A stretch of DNA of 63,259 nt, counting the filler, from Bigelowiella natans CCMP2755 (taxonomy: Eukaryota; Protista; Cercozoa): NCBI GenBank assembly GCA_000320545.1. It is 12 parts of 12 records of this genome, joined end to end, with 100 filler letters (N's around TTAATTAATTAA, not from the genome) between each part and the next. Parts side by side here need not be neighbours in the genome. Positions count along the whole stretch, not along the records: positions 23,639 to 25,403 come from ADNK01003695.1; positions 25,504 to 32,088 come from ADNK01002819.1; positions 32,189 to 48,854 come from ADNK01001474.1; 9 more parts are not named here. One strand, written 5' to 3'. The notes beneath the pieces are model-generated. The model worked only from the letters and a program-made list of their open reading frames with translations. It had not been told where the DNA came from and ran no database searches. Positions 24,840-39,253 of the stretch are shown here, in pieces (position 1 is the stretch's first letter; the number at the start of each line of letters is the position of its first letter). The position numbers and the translations under genes were made by a program.

Positions 24840-25178
24840 CATTTATAATATCAACGCCTGGGGGATAATATACATTAGTTTTGCTCCTCCATCCCATCTC
24901 TTCTCCATGCTATTGCGTGCTTTTCTTTGTCCCCCCCCCCCCCCTTCTCACCTAGAATGACGAAGTCTTTAAGATGACCAGTAGGGTTGCTCTTATGGCT
25001 CCACGGGCTTGGAAACATGCTCCCTCCGTTATCGCGGGACACTAGGAGGTTGTGGTGGGGGAAAAAAAAGTTCTGGCATGCATGCACAAACCACTCCCCC
25101 AACACAACAGGTCCATTGGCGCTCTCCTTCCTGAAATGCACTTCTATTTTCCCCCAAACATCCCCAAATATGCCCACC
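23670..25178 (-). CDS. HECT-domain E3 ubiquitin ligase (internal fragment)
   Basis: Exons give IEVHFRKE..GPVVLGEWF, GRLVGLAIFKRVPIALRFHPAFCKLIL, EDVKALDPQLY, VELVENGARVRVTEENKAEYV, VRAFLEGFHPIIP and VDPEDWERHSRCSGGY, all typical HECT N-lobe/hinge motifs. Confidence 0.92.
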
Positions 25179-25294
25179 TTATGGAAGAAGGAAGAAGGGG
25201 GGGGGGGGGGGAGAGAGAAGCGCGCGCTAGCGTGGAGAAGAGATGGGATGGGGGAGCAAAACTAATGTGTATTATCCCCGAGGCGTGGATATTA

Positions 25295-25337
<43 letters not shown>

Positions 25338-25345
25338 CGAGAGAG

Positions 25346-25402
<57 letters not shown>
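24730..25402. repeat. Imperfect inverted repeat (~200-bp arms) flanking one HECT exon
   Basis: 24730-24945 is the approximate reverse complement of 25197-25402, including non-microsatellite sequence (ggagaagagatgggatgg..gagcaaaactaatgt). Confidence 0.8.
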
Positions 25403-25403
<1 letters not shown>

Positions 25404-25892
25404 NNNNNNNNNNNNNNNNNNNNNNNNNNNNNNNNNNNNNNNNNNNNTTAATTAATTAANNNNNNNNNNNNNNNNNNNNNNNNNNNNNNNNNNNNNNNNN
25501 NNNTATATATATATTTTATATCAAAATGCGTTTCCTTTCTGTCGTATCTCCCCCAGTGCCCCGATAACATTGTGAGGAGGCTCCTAACCTTCCCCCACAA
25601 CCGCTATTCACGAGCCTTCGGGCATTCAAGAACATATATCCCGCGGCTAAGAAGACGTGTGTGATGATTGTGATGGCGAGGATGATGGTGATGATAACGA
25701 CGATGATGATAATGATAATCGGTATAGGTGGAAGAAATTGTGGGGGAAAACGGAGGCGATTTAGGCTTGTTGCGGGGTTCGGTCGGTGAAAGTGGACGTG
25801 AAAGTGCATACACCCTTGAAAGGGGAAGTACAGCAAGCTTAATCGGTAAGCATATGGGCTGTTCATTACGATAGACACAGATTTATATAAAT

Positions 25893-25944
<52 letters not shown>

Positions 25945-26127
25945 GGGGGGGGTGTGGGTGTGGGTGTGGGTGTGGGTGTGTGTGTGTGTTTATTATATAC
26001 TATTCACTATGAAAATAATTTAAGGGATATGTAGACATGTAGGGAATAACAAGGAACTTTTTAGGTTTTTTAAAAAGTTAAGATAGATGGAAAAAGTCCA
26101 ATACTATATAATAGTATATACATATTG

Positions 26128-26164
<37 letters not shown>

Positions 26165-26219
26165 CAGGGCGTGGAGGGAGTGTTGCAAGTGTTGCCCTGC
26201 CTCTAAAGTCTATTGGTAG

Positions 26220-26984
26220 GTTTACAGAGCCTAAGAATAAACAAGCACACAGGCACACTAGCACACACAAACACACAAACACATAAACACACTACAAAAA
26301 CACAGAGAAAATTGTGTCATTTCCCCCCCCCCCCCCAGGGACTAGCACCATGCTAAAGCAGCAGCAGCAGCAGGAGGAGGAGGCCCCCCCTTCCTACACC
26401 AAGCGAAACACTCAACCTGGAAAGTCGCCGGAGGGCCTCCTCAGGAACAAAGGCGAGGGCAATATCGCCATCTCTATCAGCAGGATGAGCGCAAGCTGGA
26501 ATAACGATTCGATGATGAAAACTCGCAAGTCGCACCCCTCGGCGTCTGCCATGGGGGAGGAGGAGGAGAAGAAGGATGAGAAGTCCTCTGACAGCATCAT
26601 CGGCGCTAGCTCTGCCGCAAAGCCTTCGCTTTCCCCAGGGATAGCGTTGGAGGATATCGAGGTGAGAACGGGGAAGAGGGAAGGGGGGGGGGGGGGGGGG
26701 GGGTGAGCTTGGAGGCGCTTTTTGCAACGCATTTTCGAGCTGCTCTCTGTTTCACGCCAGCGCTTGTTTAAGATGTGCTTATGATTCACCTGATGACTCA
26801 CCTGATGACTCGCATTGCACCAGCTGAATGTACCAGCAAACAAGCTCGTTTGCGTCGTCGGGGCCGTTGGGTGCGGAAAGACCTCCCTTCTCATGGCGAT
26901 CTTGGGCGAAATGCAAGCGAATCCGAAGCCGTTCGTCGCTGGCAAATGCGCGTATGACTCCTCCTCCTCCTACGTTACATATAG

Positions 26985-27049
<65 letters not shown>

Positions 27050-27590
27050 GTGCAATGATGCTGATGTTCTATGGCGCTGATCTAGGTACGTATCCCAAGA
27101 TCCTTGGGTACTCTCCGCGACGATAAGAGAAAACATCCTCTTTGGCCTCCCATACGACAGCAAAAAGTACTTGCTCTTTGATGATGATGACGACGAGGAG
27201 GACGATGATGATGATGATGATGATGATAATGGTGATGGTGATAGTGATGACGACGGTGATAACCAGGATGCACATAACGGCCATATGAATGAATGGGAAA
27301 ACACACGCTTTTCTTACTGAAATTCCGTCCAACTACAACACCCAACACAAAGGTACAACGCCGTTCTCGAAGTGTGCTGCCTAAAATCGGACCTTATGTT
27401 ATTTCCCAACGGCGATAAGACGTTTGTTGGCGAGAGGGGGGTGACACTCTCTGGGGGGCAAAAGGCTCGCGTATCCCTCGCGCGCGCGGCGTATTCCAAT
27501 TCTTCCATTGCTCTCCTCGATGTAAGTGGAGAAGTGCTAACATCGTTGATGGCCATTGCTGTCTCAGTCTCTCGAATGACGGCTTTATAT

Positions 27591-27628
<38 letters not shown>

Positions 27629-28724
27629 TATATGTGAGTGTGTGTGTCACGTGGTAGGATCCTTTATCAGCTGTAGACCCCAATGTCGGCAAGCAGCTTT
27701 TTCTTCTCGATGCGTCAAAGGCATAATGGCCTCTCGCACCACGGTACAGTAGCACTTAACCACCCACAAACTAAGATGGTGATGACCGGGCGCGAAATCG
27801 GCATCGCCAAGCTCATCGTTCTCACCGTTGTATGTTTGCTGTGTTCAGGTACTGGTTACGCACCAGTTTCAATACGCGAGGGAGGGAGATATAGTCGTAG
27901 TCATGGAAAATGGACGAATCGCAGCAAAGGGTGTGTGCGCGTGTATGCGCGCCGCCATCGAGGCCCATTTCGTGCATACCGATGCTAACTTGTTGTTGTT
28001 GTGTAGTAGTTGTAGTAGTAGTGGTAGTAGTAGTAGTGATTACCTCTAATACTCTCTATAATTAACCTACAAACAACCAAATCAACAACCCAAAAACAAT
28101 ACGTGTCAAATCCCAGGCACCTTCGAGCAAGTGCAGGCTAATAGGAGCCTCAATTTGTCTAAATTCCTGAGCAGCAGCAATAGTACCAACAACATAGCCG
28201 CGCTTAAGGAGAGCGGAAAATCCAAATCCGGTGATACGAAGGATAGCAAGTCATCGCCCTCTCCCCCTGCCAATAACGTCGATAGCAAGAACGAAGAGGC
28301 GGCGGGGGGGGGGCTGGGAAAAGGCATCGCTCCGGGAAGCAATAATTTAACGAAGTTGGAGAGAAGTGCCGCATCATCGGCGCCAGAGGCAGCGCCTCTC
28401 AAAGCAATGAAAGATATGAAGACAACTAAAGGTGAAGGCGCAGATGCAGATGAGCGGAAGGAAGATCGTCAAATTGGCAAGGTGAGAAAGCTACCTTAGT
28501 TTTGTTTGAATCCAGCGATTTACTTCGGAGCACCACCCTCTCATCGTCTCTCGCGCTCTCCTCTCCCTCCCCCCGTCCTCTCAAAGGTGCGTTTGCAGAC
28601 ATTCAAAAGCTATATATTGGCCGCGGGGCCGGTATGGCTTTTAACGATGCTGGTGATCGTTACGCTAGCTGGACAAGCCATTCTCCTTCTTACGAGCTGG
28701 TTCGGTGCAGCTCCGCAGTGGGAT

Positions 28725-28763
<39 letters not shown>

Positions 28764-28821
28764 TGTGTGTGTATAGTAGGACGGAAGTATTACGTATTGC
28801 ACAGTATATTATATTATATAA

Positions 28822-28859
<38 letters not shown>

Positions 28860-29941
28860 ATTCAGATTATGTTTTATATGCGAAGAGAAGTTAGTTTCTA
28901 AAAAGAGAAGGCGTAAGCTGCTTCGCTCTCACACAGCACGGTGTCCCTGCTCGTAGGTATTACGCTCGGTGGTCAGAGTCAAGCTCTCAGTCATCGAAGC
29001 AGGTTATTGGCATCGCAGTCCTCCTCGCAGGTCTCTGCCTGTTTTGGTCAGCCTTTAGAGCTGTGTGGTTCATGATATCCATGGTCAATGCCTCGCGAAA
29101 GCTGCACGATGAGATGTTCCAGAGCGTGGTGCGCCTCCCAGCTCGCTTCTTTGATGTGAATCCCTCAGGTGGAGAGGGGAGGAGATTAGTGAGGGGGGGA
29201 GGGGGATGAGGGGGGGGCAGATTGGGGAGAGTAGTACGACGATGGGGTTATAAAGCTGATATCAGCATCTTTGGGAGATCATTTTTGGTAGTTCTTAACG
29301 CGGAAGTCGATCGATCCACGATGGTGGTGATGGGTTGTTTGACGATGATTGGTAGGACGAGTGCTAAACCGGTTCTCGAAAGATGTTGGATTTGCTGACG
29401 ATTTAATGCCTTGGACATTTCACGATATGGTCGCTATCATGCTGCGCGTGATCGCTGTGGTCGTCCTCGTCTGCATAATCAATCCAGTACTCTTTCTAGC
29501 AGTATTGCCACTGCTTGGCGGGTTTTGGTACCTGCAGCAAAGGTTACTTGCGTGTGTGTATGTGTGTGCGTGAGTGTGTTTGTATATGTGTGTGTGTGTG
29601 TGTGTGCTGATGAACGTGTACCCGTGCTGCACAGATACATTGCAAATTCCCGGGAGATAAAGCGCCTCGAGGCTCTTTCTCGATCTCCGGTTTACTCTCA
29701 GATCTCCGAGAGTCTCCAAGGAATGGTTTCCATCCGTGCGTTTGACGCCAAGGAGCGATTTTCAAAGGCTATTCTTCGAGAAAGTTGATAGGAATGTCCA
29801 AGGTGAATAACGATAGTGGAAGGAGCGGGGGGGGGACCGGAGAGTTGAGTTCGTAATTGCCATTCTGTTTTTGAATTTTCAATCACGTTAAATACCATTC
29901 TAAGATTCATATTAATGATATTATAATATTTATATATATTT

Positions 29942-29979
<38 letters not shown>

Positions 29980-30219
29980 CATTCTAGGATTCGTATTATA
30001 AAACTATACATAATATATATGTAATATATGCATATTTCTCTAACCAAAACGCAATCCCAGGATGGTTTGCTTTCATCGCATCGGCGCGCTGGCTCGGGGT
30101 TCGGTTGGACGCATTGACGTTGTTCTTCACGTCGTGTGTGCTGTACGCGGCGCTGCTGATGCAAAGCCAGGGTTTTGGGATATCGGCGGTAAGTATTGTT
30201 TCGATCGTTAATATTTTTG

Positions 30220-30262
<43 letters not shown>

Positions 30263-30876
30263 TCTTCTTCTCTCCCTGATCTCTTTGCTGCTTAACAGCC
30301 TGTTTGTGTGCGATTTGCGTGGTTCCTATTTTTTGTTTTGCCTGGGCTCTGTTTTTGGTGGTGATCGGTTCCATTGCAGGGGCTGGTCGGCCTCTCCCTG
30401 GCCTATCTTGTGCAGCTGGGAGATGCGTTCCAGTGGTCCGTGCGGCAGATTGCGGAGTTTGAAAATCAACTTATCTCGGTACAGTGCACCAGCACGGTTT
30501 CTAGCAGTAGTGGTAGTAGCGGCGAAGCGAGGCAAATGATGACGCCAGACGCATATGAGGAGTGGTGCCTTAGAGCTCGGTCTTATGAGCTTTGTCGTGT
30601 GTTAATGATGATGCTATACACGCATATGTATCCTATTTATCCCGTCACTGATAGCCTTTCTTTCCCATTCGCCCCCCGTTTGCAATACCATGAATTGCGT
30701 TAAGATTGAGAGGATCTTAGAGTACATCGCTTTGGATCCTGAGGCCCCGTTGGATCTTCCATCCGATGTAGCAAAGATACCGAACTCGTGGCCGACAGTC
30801 GGGTCAATACAATTCAAGAACTTCTCGGCGAGATACGCGAAGAATCTTCCTCTGGTGAGAAGAGCTAATTTAGATG

Positions 30877-30944
<68 letters not shown>

Positions 30945-31368
30945 TTAAGTAGCGATGTATTATCGACGAGTTCTTCGGTTTTCTCATTGCGGCTCTCGAG
31001 AATGTTCGTATTGGTCTTGCCGCTACCTGCCCTGCTCTCGCCCAATAACCATCATCTTCGCCCAAATGCATCGTTGTCCCATTATAGATTCTCAGGGATG
31101 TCAACCTGTCAATAGAAGGCCGCTCAAAGGTGAGTTCAGTCTCCTACATCGTTACAGCTAGTTGGATAGCAGCCGAGTATCCGTGTGACATTACGAATCT
31201 GCCGCACACTTTTCGTAGGTTGCTATTGTGGGGCGGACAGGGGCGGGGAAATCGTCACTTACCCAGTGTATATTCCGCCTGATAGAGGCGGATGGCACTG
31301 CGTCGCTCCTGGAGATCGACGGCGTTAGCATTGGTAAACGTTAGTTTGATTTTCATCTGATTTAAACC

Positions 31369-31407
<39 letters not shown>

Positions 31408-31718
31408 ATATGTATTGATATTGATGACGATCAGGACGAATGTATACGATTCTCAGCGCAGTTGTATGTGTCAAATATGTTCGTGGTTTCTGTGGTGTGA
31501 TTAGGTGACATCGGCTTGCACCCCTTGCGAAAGGCTATAAGCATTATCCCGCAATCATCATGGCTATTCTCAGGCACGATAAGACAGGTAATAGTAGCAA
31601 GTGCTTTACCTATTTTCTCTACCTTTTTTTAGTCTGTTTTGGTGCGCTTCGTGGTTGTGAAATGGGACATCTTCAATCGTTCTTTTCTCTCTCTTTCTCT
31701 CTTTCTCTCTTTCTTTCT

Positions 31719-31766
<48 letters not shown>

Positions 31767-31776
31767 GCGCATGGTT

Positions 31777-31813
<37 letters not shown>

Positions 31814-31884
31814 TGTGTGTGAATGATGTTGTTTATCCTCAGAATCTCGATCCCTTTGACCAATATGAGGACGAGGCAATTTGG
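26220..31884 (+). CDS. ABCC/MRP-family ABC transporter (partial: NBD1-TMD2-NBD2)
   Basis: Walker [12 protein letters not shown] (26860-26895), [20 protein letters not shown], signature [23 protein letters not shown]|DPLSAVD. TMD2 FFDVNPSG|[45 protein letters not shown]2 [32 protein letters not shown]. Confidence 0.95.
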
Positions 31885-32280
31885 GTACTATCTCCTCTTC
31901 AACGACAACATCCTATCACAAATGGCTATCGCTCTCTTGGGATTAAGCCCTCGATTGCATTTCGAACAAACACACACAGAGATAGGGGGGAGGGGGGGGG
32001 GGGGGAGACGCCGACATACTGACGAACTAACAGATTAATAATTATGTGTGTGTGTGTGTGTGTGTCGGTGTGGATGCGCGCCCCCATCNNNNNNNNNNNN
32101 NNNNNNNNNNNNNNNNNNNNNNNNNNNNNNNNTTAATTAATTAANNNNNNNNNNNNNNNNNNNNNNNNNNNNNNNNNNNNNNNNNNNNCTCTCTCTATCT
32201 ATATATATATATATATATAGAGCGAGCGAGCGCGCGCGAGAGAGAGCGCGCGCGCGTGCACACATATATACATATATACA

Positions 32281-32315
<35 letters not shown>

Positions 32316-32373
32316 CCGCGCGCGCTCTCTCGCTCTCTCGCTCTCTCGCTCGCGCTCTCGCTCGCACACACGA

Positions 32374-32451
<78 letters not shown>

Positions 32452-33099
32452 TCCAGCCAGTCTAGCAGTGGTGCAAGTAGGCTAATGATCGAGGGTAGCA
32501 GCAACAGCACCTGCTATCGAAGCATGCGCGGAGTAGATGTATACTAGCATACCTGCTGCCTGCTGTGTGTACACGTACAGCACTTAAGGGCAAATGCCAG
32601 GCCTACGCTCTAGCGCTCGCTGTATGTACACATGTACACACTGGTCTAGTGGTACAGCTTGCATGCCAAGATGTGTGGCACAGCACAGCCAACATGCGCG
32701 TGTCGAATGAATGAGCTGCTGCTCTACTCTAGTACTAGTGCTAATAATTGATTCGAACAATGCAGATCTCCATCAACTAGCGATCCGATTCGCCGCCATG
32801 CACCAGCACAAACATCGTACATCATGGGCGAGCTGCTAGCACTAGAGCTAGCGAGAGAGCAGGGCACTCGAGCAATGTACATAACCTCATATTGGGCTGT
32901 ACGCTAGTACGTTGCATTGTTGCTTCGGCCGCGCACTTCACGCTGTTATGTACATTTAGACATAATGGTTTATGGCGTGCTCCACATCCAATACATCGCC
33001 CCACATGAGGAAGTCGTGTGGTAAAAGTTCAGGCCGTGCTCGTGAACAGCACACACCATAAATACATTCTAGAGTATTTCACAAATGCATCTGATGTCG

Positions 33100-34555
33100 T
33101 CAATTGCCACCGAGGCGCTTGCCATCGCTGAGGCGATATCCTTTACCTTTGAATATTACTGATCCACCAACAACGGCAGTAGTAGTAGCAGTAGTAGTAG
33201 TAGTCGGGCTGTAAGTAGGTGCACTAACATTGCCAGGGGCCGGGAATGACCCACCAATAACATCTCCTGGACTGCTTTCCTGATTATCCCCTGCGAAGCT
33301 CTCTACGACTAATATACCGACCAAAAACTTATTATTACAACACGTTGCTGCTACTACTTGACAGTGCTTGTCATTAGTTCTGCCAAACCAACTCTACCAA
33401 GTTGTCCGCTTTGTACTCTTTTTTAAATGAGAATGCATGTAATGGATGAAGTGCCAGTACCAGTTGTGGTTGCATATTGCATGGGCACAAGGTATGATGA
33501 TATATCTCAGTTCCAAATGTTTCATCATATGACACTATCAACTACCATATCTCAGTTCCAAATGTTTCATCATATGACACTATCAACTACCGTATGGATT
33601 GTTGTTGCTGTATCCGCTCCGACCGCCGATTTCGCCAACTTCCACCCCACCCCCACCCATCGTCTCAATCCACTTTTACAAAGAAAACATTAATATCATC
33701 AGCATGATGGTTGATGATGAGTCAGTGAGTAAGTGAGAGGAAGTTGAGAAGAGATGTGATGGAATATGCTCTTTACCACCTGTCGTTTCAGCATTTTGTA
33801 GAACTTATAGGCCGCGAAAATTGCAATGGCGTAGAACAATACGCTGCCATATGTGACTCCACGGTACATGCCTTGCCTCCATTGTGGACCTGATGGTGCA
33901 CGTTCCTTCCATCAGAAGGTTATGATAATAATGATCGTGACACAGCATCATACTACACAGATATTTGTTAATGTAGTTTTCAATGTTCGTGTCATCTGCG
34001 GCAAGTATAGCACCATGGAGTTCTTTAACGTCTACAAGCAAGAGAATTGAAGCGAAGGTGGCCCAGAAGCAACTCTGTACGAAATAATGGAAAACGATTT
34101 CTCTGTTATCATAACTACTAGCACTAGTAGTAGTAGTAGTAGTTGTAGTAAGTAGTAGTAAGTACTAGTAGTGTGATAAAATATTATTTCTAATTATTTC
34201 TTGAAATTCAGAGTCCTCCATTACTACTTATCTAAGGATCAATCCAGCTTCTCTCCCTTGTTTCCATGAACATACTACCATTATCACGAAGACCAAATAG
34301 CAGAGAATCATCGTCGGCTGTATTCTCTCCTCCTTTCTAATACCCCAGTATCCTATGCCAGCCCCCAGAAGATCGAAGAGGCCTGGTACAGGTTTGAGAA
34401 TTGAAATGGTGGGTAAAGAAGAGGAGAGAGGAGGAAGAATGAGAAGTAGAATAGCAGTGATCAATGAAACGATGAAACAATTTATGTATACGGATTCGCT
34501 GGAACAAGATAGAGTATCTGGAAGTGTGAGGGAAGCATTTTCATATTTATCATGT

Positions 34556-34625
<70 letters not shown>

Positions 34626-35009
34626 CGTTGGACAGATCTGGTTATCATGCATGGTATCAGGAATCAAGGAAACAATGCGCCGCTGTAGTTGCAAATCGAG
34701 CTATATCGTTTGCAAGAAACGGAGTCTCAAATGATAAGAGAGCTGATTTTTTCCCTTTATTTCCTTCGTGATTGAATAGTTCGACATTCTTCTTTTTTTC
34801 CCTCCTCCTCCTCGAAGCTAATAGTCCCAATCATCACCATCCAGTATGTTCCCTGAGATAAGATTAAGGACCCCAAGCACAATGTGCATCGTAATAATGA
34901 AGATCAACAGTCTCCGTTGAGTATCCACTTTTGATCCTCTATGTACTTGAAGAACAAATCGGCTTCCTCCTCCTCCTCCTCCTCCTCCTCCTCCTGGGTA
35001 AAGGCACAT
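33100..35009 (-). CDS. Small multi-pass (~4 TM) membrane protein with C-terminal SHP-box-like motif
   Basis: Hydrophobic exons RRLLIFIITMHIVLGVLNLISG|GLFDLLGAGIGYWGI...MILCYLVFVIM|CFWATFASILLLV|GVTYGSVLFYAIAIFAAYKFYK. The last exon ends FKGKGYRLSDGKRLGGN*. Confidence 0.65.
33502..33591. repeat. Perfect 45-bp tandem duplication
   Basis: atatctcagttccaaatgtttcatcatatgacactatcaactacc occurs twice in tandem. Confidence 0.9.
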
Positions 35010-35362
35010 CCCAAAAAAGGTGGTGGTGATGATGCTCACTTCCGGTTCTGTTCATCCTCCTCTTGCCGATTTTTATTGATTAAAAAAAATATCAACACAC
35101 ATACAGGGGATTTATATGTCGCGACAACTAAATTATATGAACGAGTAGATCTCCTTGTTTTTTTTTGCACAATCGATGACTCCTGACATGTGAGAAAAAT
35201 AATAATTTGTTGTCTCAGAATGGAAATCCCCTGGTTTTCGTTACGGAACTAATAATAATAAGAACAGGAGGAACAAGAACAAGACTGTCTCTGTGTCATC
35301 ATCGGTAGCAGAAAGGAGGAGGAGGAGGAAGAAGAGGAAGAGGAGGAGAGAGGGAAGATATC

Positions 35363-38033
35363 ATGTCTGAGGAAGATCTTGTATATGTCTGCGTTTCGGA
35401 TCCTGTGGATATAAATCCGGAGCTGTTTTGCCTATGGGCGAAGGGATTTACACCAAAGGAATGCCTGGAGAAAATGAAGGTGGTGATGGTGGTGGTAACG
35501 TGTGAATGAGCTGACGTGTGAGTGGGTTCCTGTATTTACTATTGAAATGAATTAAGCAATGGGTACAACATTCGAATTTATTAAAATCACCAAAAATGTG
35601 AATGTTCGGGGTGGGAACCTTTCCAAATAATTACAAATAAAAGACTGCACCTTTCCAAATAATTACAAATAAAAGACTGCATGTGTTCACCTCGCAGGAG
35701 CAATCAATGAGCGACATTGATATGCGTGGGATGGTTTTGCAACGACAGCTACATCGCCTTTTTCGATGTATTGAGAAGGATATAACAGATCAGGTATGTA
35801 GAGATTGCCGATACAGTAGTAGCCCCCCCTCATTGTCAGGAAAAGTGTTTCAGTTGCGAGCTTAATGAACAGATGTAGTTGCAAATTATTCTTTGATGCC
35901 ATCATAGAAAGAAGCATTCACTTGAGTTGATTCCATCAATATGATCTTCGAATCCATGACTCCTCCTTCCTTTTGTTAGTTTCGTGTATTTTCGATGCTG
36001 GAACCGTCATTTCGACGACCTTCACTTAGGTGGTAGCTAGTAGTAGTAGTAGTAGTTGTTGTCGTTGTTGTTGTTGTATTTTCGATGCTGGAACCATCAT
36101 TTCGACGACCTTCACTTAGGTGGTAGTAGTAGTTGTTGTTGTTGTTGTTGTAGTAGTAGTAGTATAAACTTTCTTTTTTTGCTTGAATTACTACTATTCA
36201 TGGTTGATGGTGGTATTGAAGAAATACTACGATACTTCATGGATTCAATCAATAGTTTTCGATTTGATGACGTGTTACCTTTCTATTTACTCCTTCTATT
36301 GTTTTAATGACAATTAGAGCTTTCAGACTGCAACCAATTGACGATCGAGTCGAGATGGAATTGGCTGAGATATATTTCTCAATCGAAGACAAGTAGTAGT
36401 AAAGATAAGTCAATAATATAAGTAGTAGTTTGATGAGAGTAGTAGTAGTTGATTTTTATTTGTGCTTACTCAATGCAAATTTGAAGCTTGAAACACACGA
36501 CGATATGAATAAGATGATTACTATTATGTTATGAAGAGTCATCCGGGAGGTATTAGCTATACGTGAGAGATCCAAAAAAAAAAATCTCAAAAAGAGAATC
36601 AAGGATGTGGCCTTGAAATTAGGCCAGAGGCAAAGGTAATCAATCAAGCAGCTTCATCCTCTCTTTAAGAGCGAAGGAAGTAGTCTTCTTCAAGACATGC
36701 TAACCAAAGAACTACAGATAGATGAGACCGAATTGTTGTTCAAGAAGGACTTTCATCATAATTTATCATAATATTCACATCGTTGCTCTTGCAATTGATA
36801 CATATCCTAGTTGATACTTGCTTCTTCCGACATGCCTCTTTGAACGACTAGGTATTGTCAGAGGCAAGTTGAGAATGTGGATACCATTCTTGATCATCTA
36901 GTATCAAGGAATAATTTGAGATATAATTCAAGATCATGTACTACTACTTGATAATATTAACAGAAGAATTTAATCCAAACATGATCTGTGCAATATTAGT
37001 TATAGTTAATGTAATAATAAACACACAATATATTGGTTTTCTGTTCCATCGTCGTAAGTAATTAATACAGTCTGGCCAATGGATTGCTGTGTGTTGTTAT
37101 TAGCGGGGTCTCTCCGTCTGGTGGAATCGCCTCTTCATAATGGACTAGGCTATCACCACCAACATCAACTACTACAACAACAACAACAACGTTCTTATCC
37201 GTAATCATAATTTTCTTTTCAAATGACGACATGCATGCTGATGATTATGTTTATATGTTGATAAATATGGTTGGTGATGGTGTGAGGGAGATGGTCATTA
37301 TTGCTACTTGCCGACAATTCAAGACAAGATTGTTCTTTTCTTCTTCTTCTTTTTCTTCTTCTTCTTCTTTTTCTTCTTCTTCTTCTTTTTCTTCTTCTTC
37401 TTTCTTCTTCACATATTTTTCCTTACCTGCTTTTATTGATGGAATAGACGACCTATCGCAGAAGAGAAGCATCAAGAAGATCAGCCCCATGCACAACTAC
37501 AACCTGCTGCTAGTACTGCTACTACTACTACTACTACTACTACTACTATTCTGGAACAGCACCAGCAGCCTACTATATCACAACAGCGACGATCGCAGCC
37601 TCTTTCTCACCAAAATAAGAAATTCAACGGGGGAAACGCAGAGAACAAGTCGTTCGGATACGACAATGCCGCTCAGGAAGGGGGAAATGTAGTAGTAGGA
37701 GGAGGAGGAGGAAAAGATCATCATCCTACTAACGATAGATACGATTACGAGGGGAAAGAAGATGATGATGAAGATAAAGATGATGATAGTGAAGAAGACT
37801 ACTACCATCACTACTACCACTATTATCACTCTACTGCTGGTGCTGCTACTGCTGCTACTGTTACAAAGGGTGGTCAAACAACTACAAACGGAAATCTCAC
37901 AGTTGATTATCATCATCAGCAGCAGCATCGATATAGCAAAGAAGTAGAGGATGGTGCTATTCTTCCAGTAAATAGTATGCAAGGGGGAGGAGGAGGAGGA
38001 CAAGATGATGTTATTGGATTGATTCAGGCTCAT

Positions 38034-38065
<32 letters not shown>

Positions 38066-38400
38066 TAATCTGCATATTGTTGATTCTCCACACAATACAG
38101 CAAGTGTGCTACTATTTGAGCGAATAATCCAGAAGGTAATTGATAATTACTAATTATCCCATTATTATTATGATGATGATGTTGTTGATTGACACCCAAT
38201 CTTCTCATCAATCCCACATACGCCGTATATCATAATACACCTTTGTAACTAGATGCATGCTAGAAGATCATAAAATCAATTACCTGAATATAATGTTTCG
38301 GTCATCTTAGACTTTCATAGTAAAGATGCTGTATTTTGGGATATATAAACAATTGTTATTTAGGAAATTTGTTAGTTATGATAAATCACCGCTATAAATG

Positions 38401-38468
<68 letters not shown>

Positions 38469-39216
38469 GGGGTGGGGGGGGGGGGATAGTGTGTGTGTAT
38501 AAATGTAGGTTTAAAAAAAGGTTATAATAGATGAACTCGATTATTAACTAGTAAGATATTTATTTATATAAATCATCGCATTATGATGCTGCAGATGCTT
38601 GGAACATAAAAAAAGATAAGAAATCTCGATCATGTTACCACGCATCATGATGCTGCAAGTTGTTGCTGATTTATTGTCTGCACTAACACTTGAAGGAATT
38701 TGGGATGTCTTTAAGTTTGGCTCGTAAATATGCTTCGATCGTATTTCTGTGCAGATACAGAGTGGTGAGTCTAATATCGTATCACGTAGATGATTAAGTT
38801 TCCACGACTAAATACAAATAAGTAACAATTGTTTATCTTCCATATATAAATTAAATATTGTTGTTATCATTTTATTATGTTATCTGTGTTAAAGAATATG
38901 TGTATTTATTCTTCAATCATGCAAACAAAATTGCATCAACGCATCATCATATACGGAAGAATGTCTGATTCTTTTCTCTGCTGCCATTGTATCTCTCCTT
39001 CCACATACTCTATGCTTTTTAGGAAACAGCAAGCAAGTTGTTGTCTACGATGTGTTTGAATGACTTGATCGCAATGGCGCGTATGATGATGCGGTATTGG
39101 ACTTCGCCAGTTGTTTCAGAGGAAACACTTAAGCATCTGGAAAAGAGAAGAAAAAGAAGAAGAAAGGAAAAAAAAGGAAGAACAATAGCAAGAAAACAAC
39201 TGGAAGTATGGGAGGT

Positions 39217-39253
<37 letters not shown>

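Noticed and set aside
29760-29790. Frameshifts in the ABCC gene (also ~27700) and in VPS35 (~3694) as pseudogenisation or programmed frameshifting
   Set aside because: These are single-base indels, mostly at homopolymers or near contig ends, in otherwise conserved genes; sequencing error is more likely.
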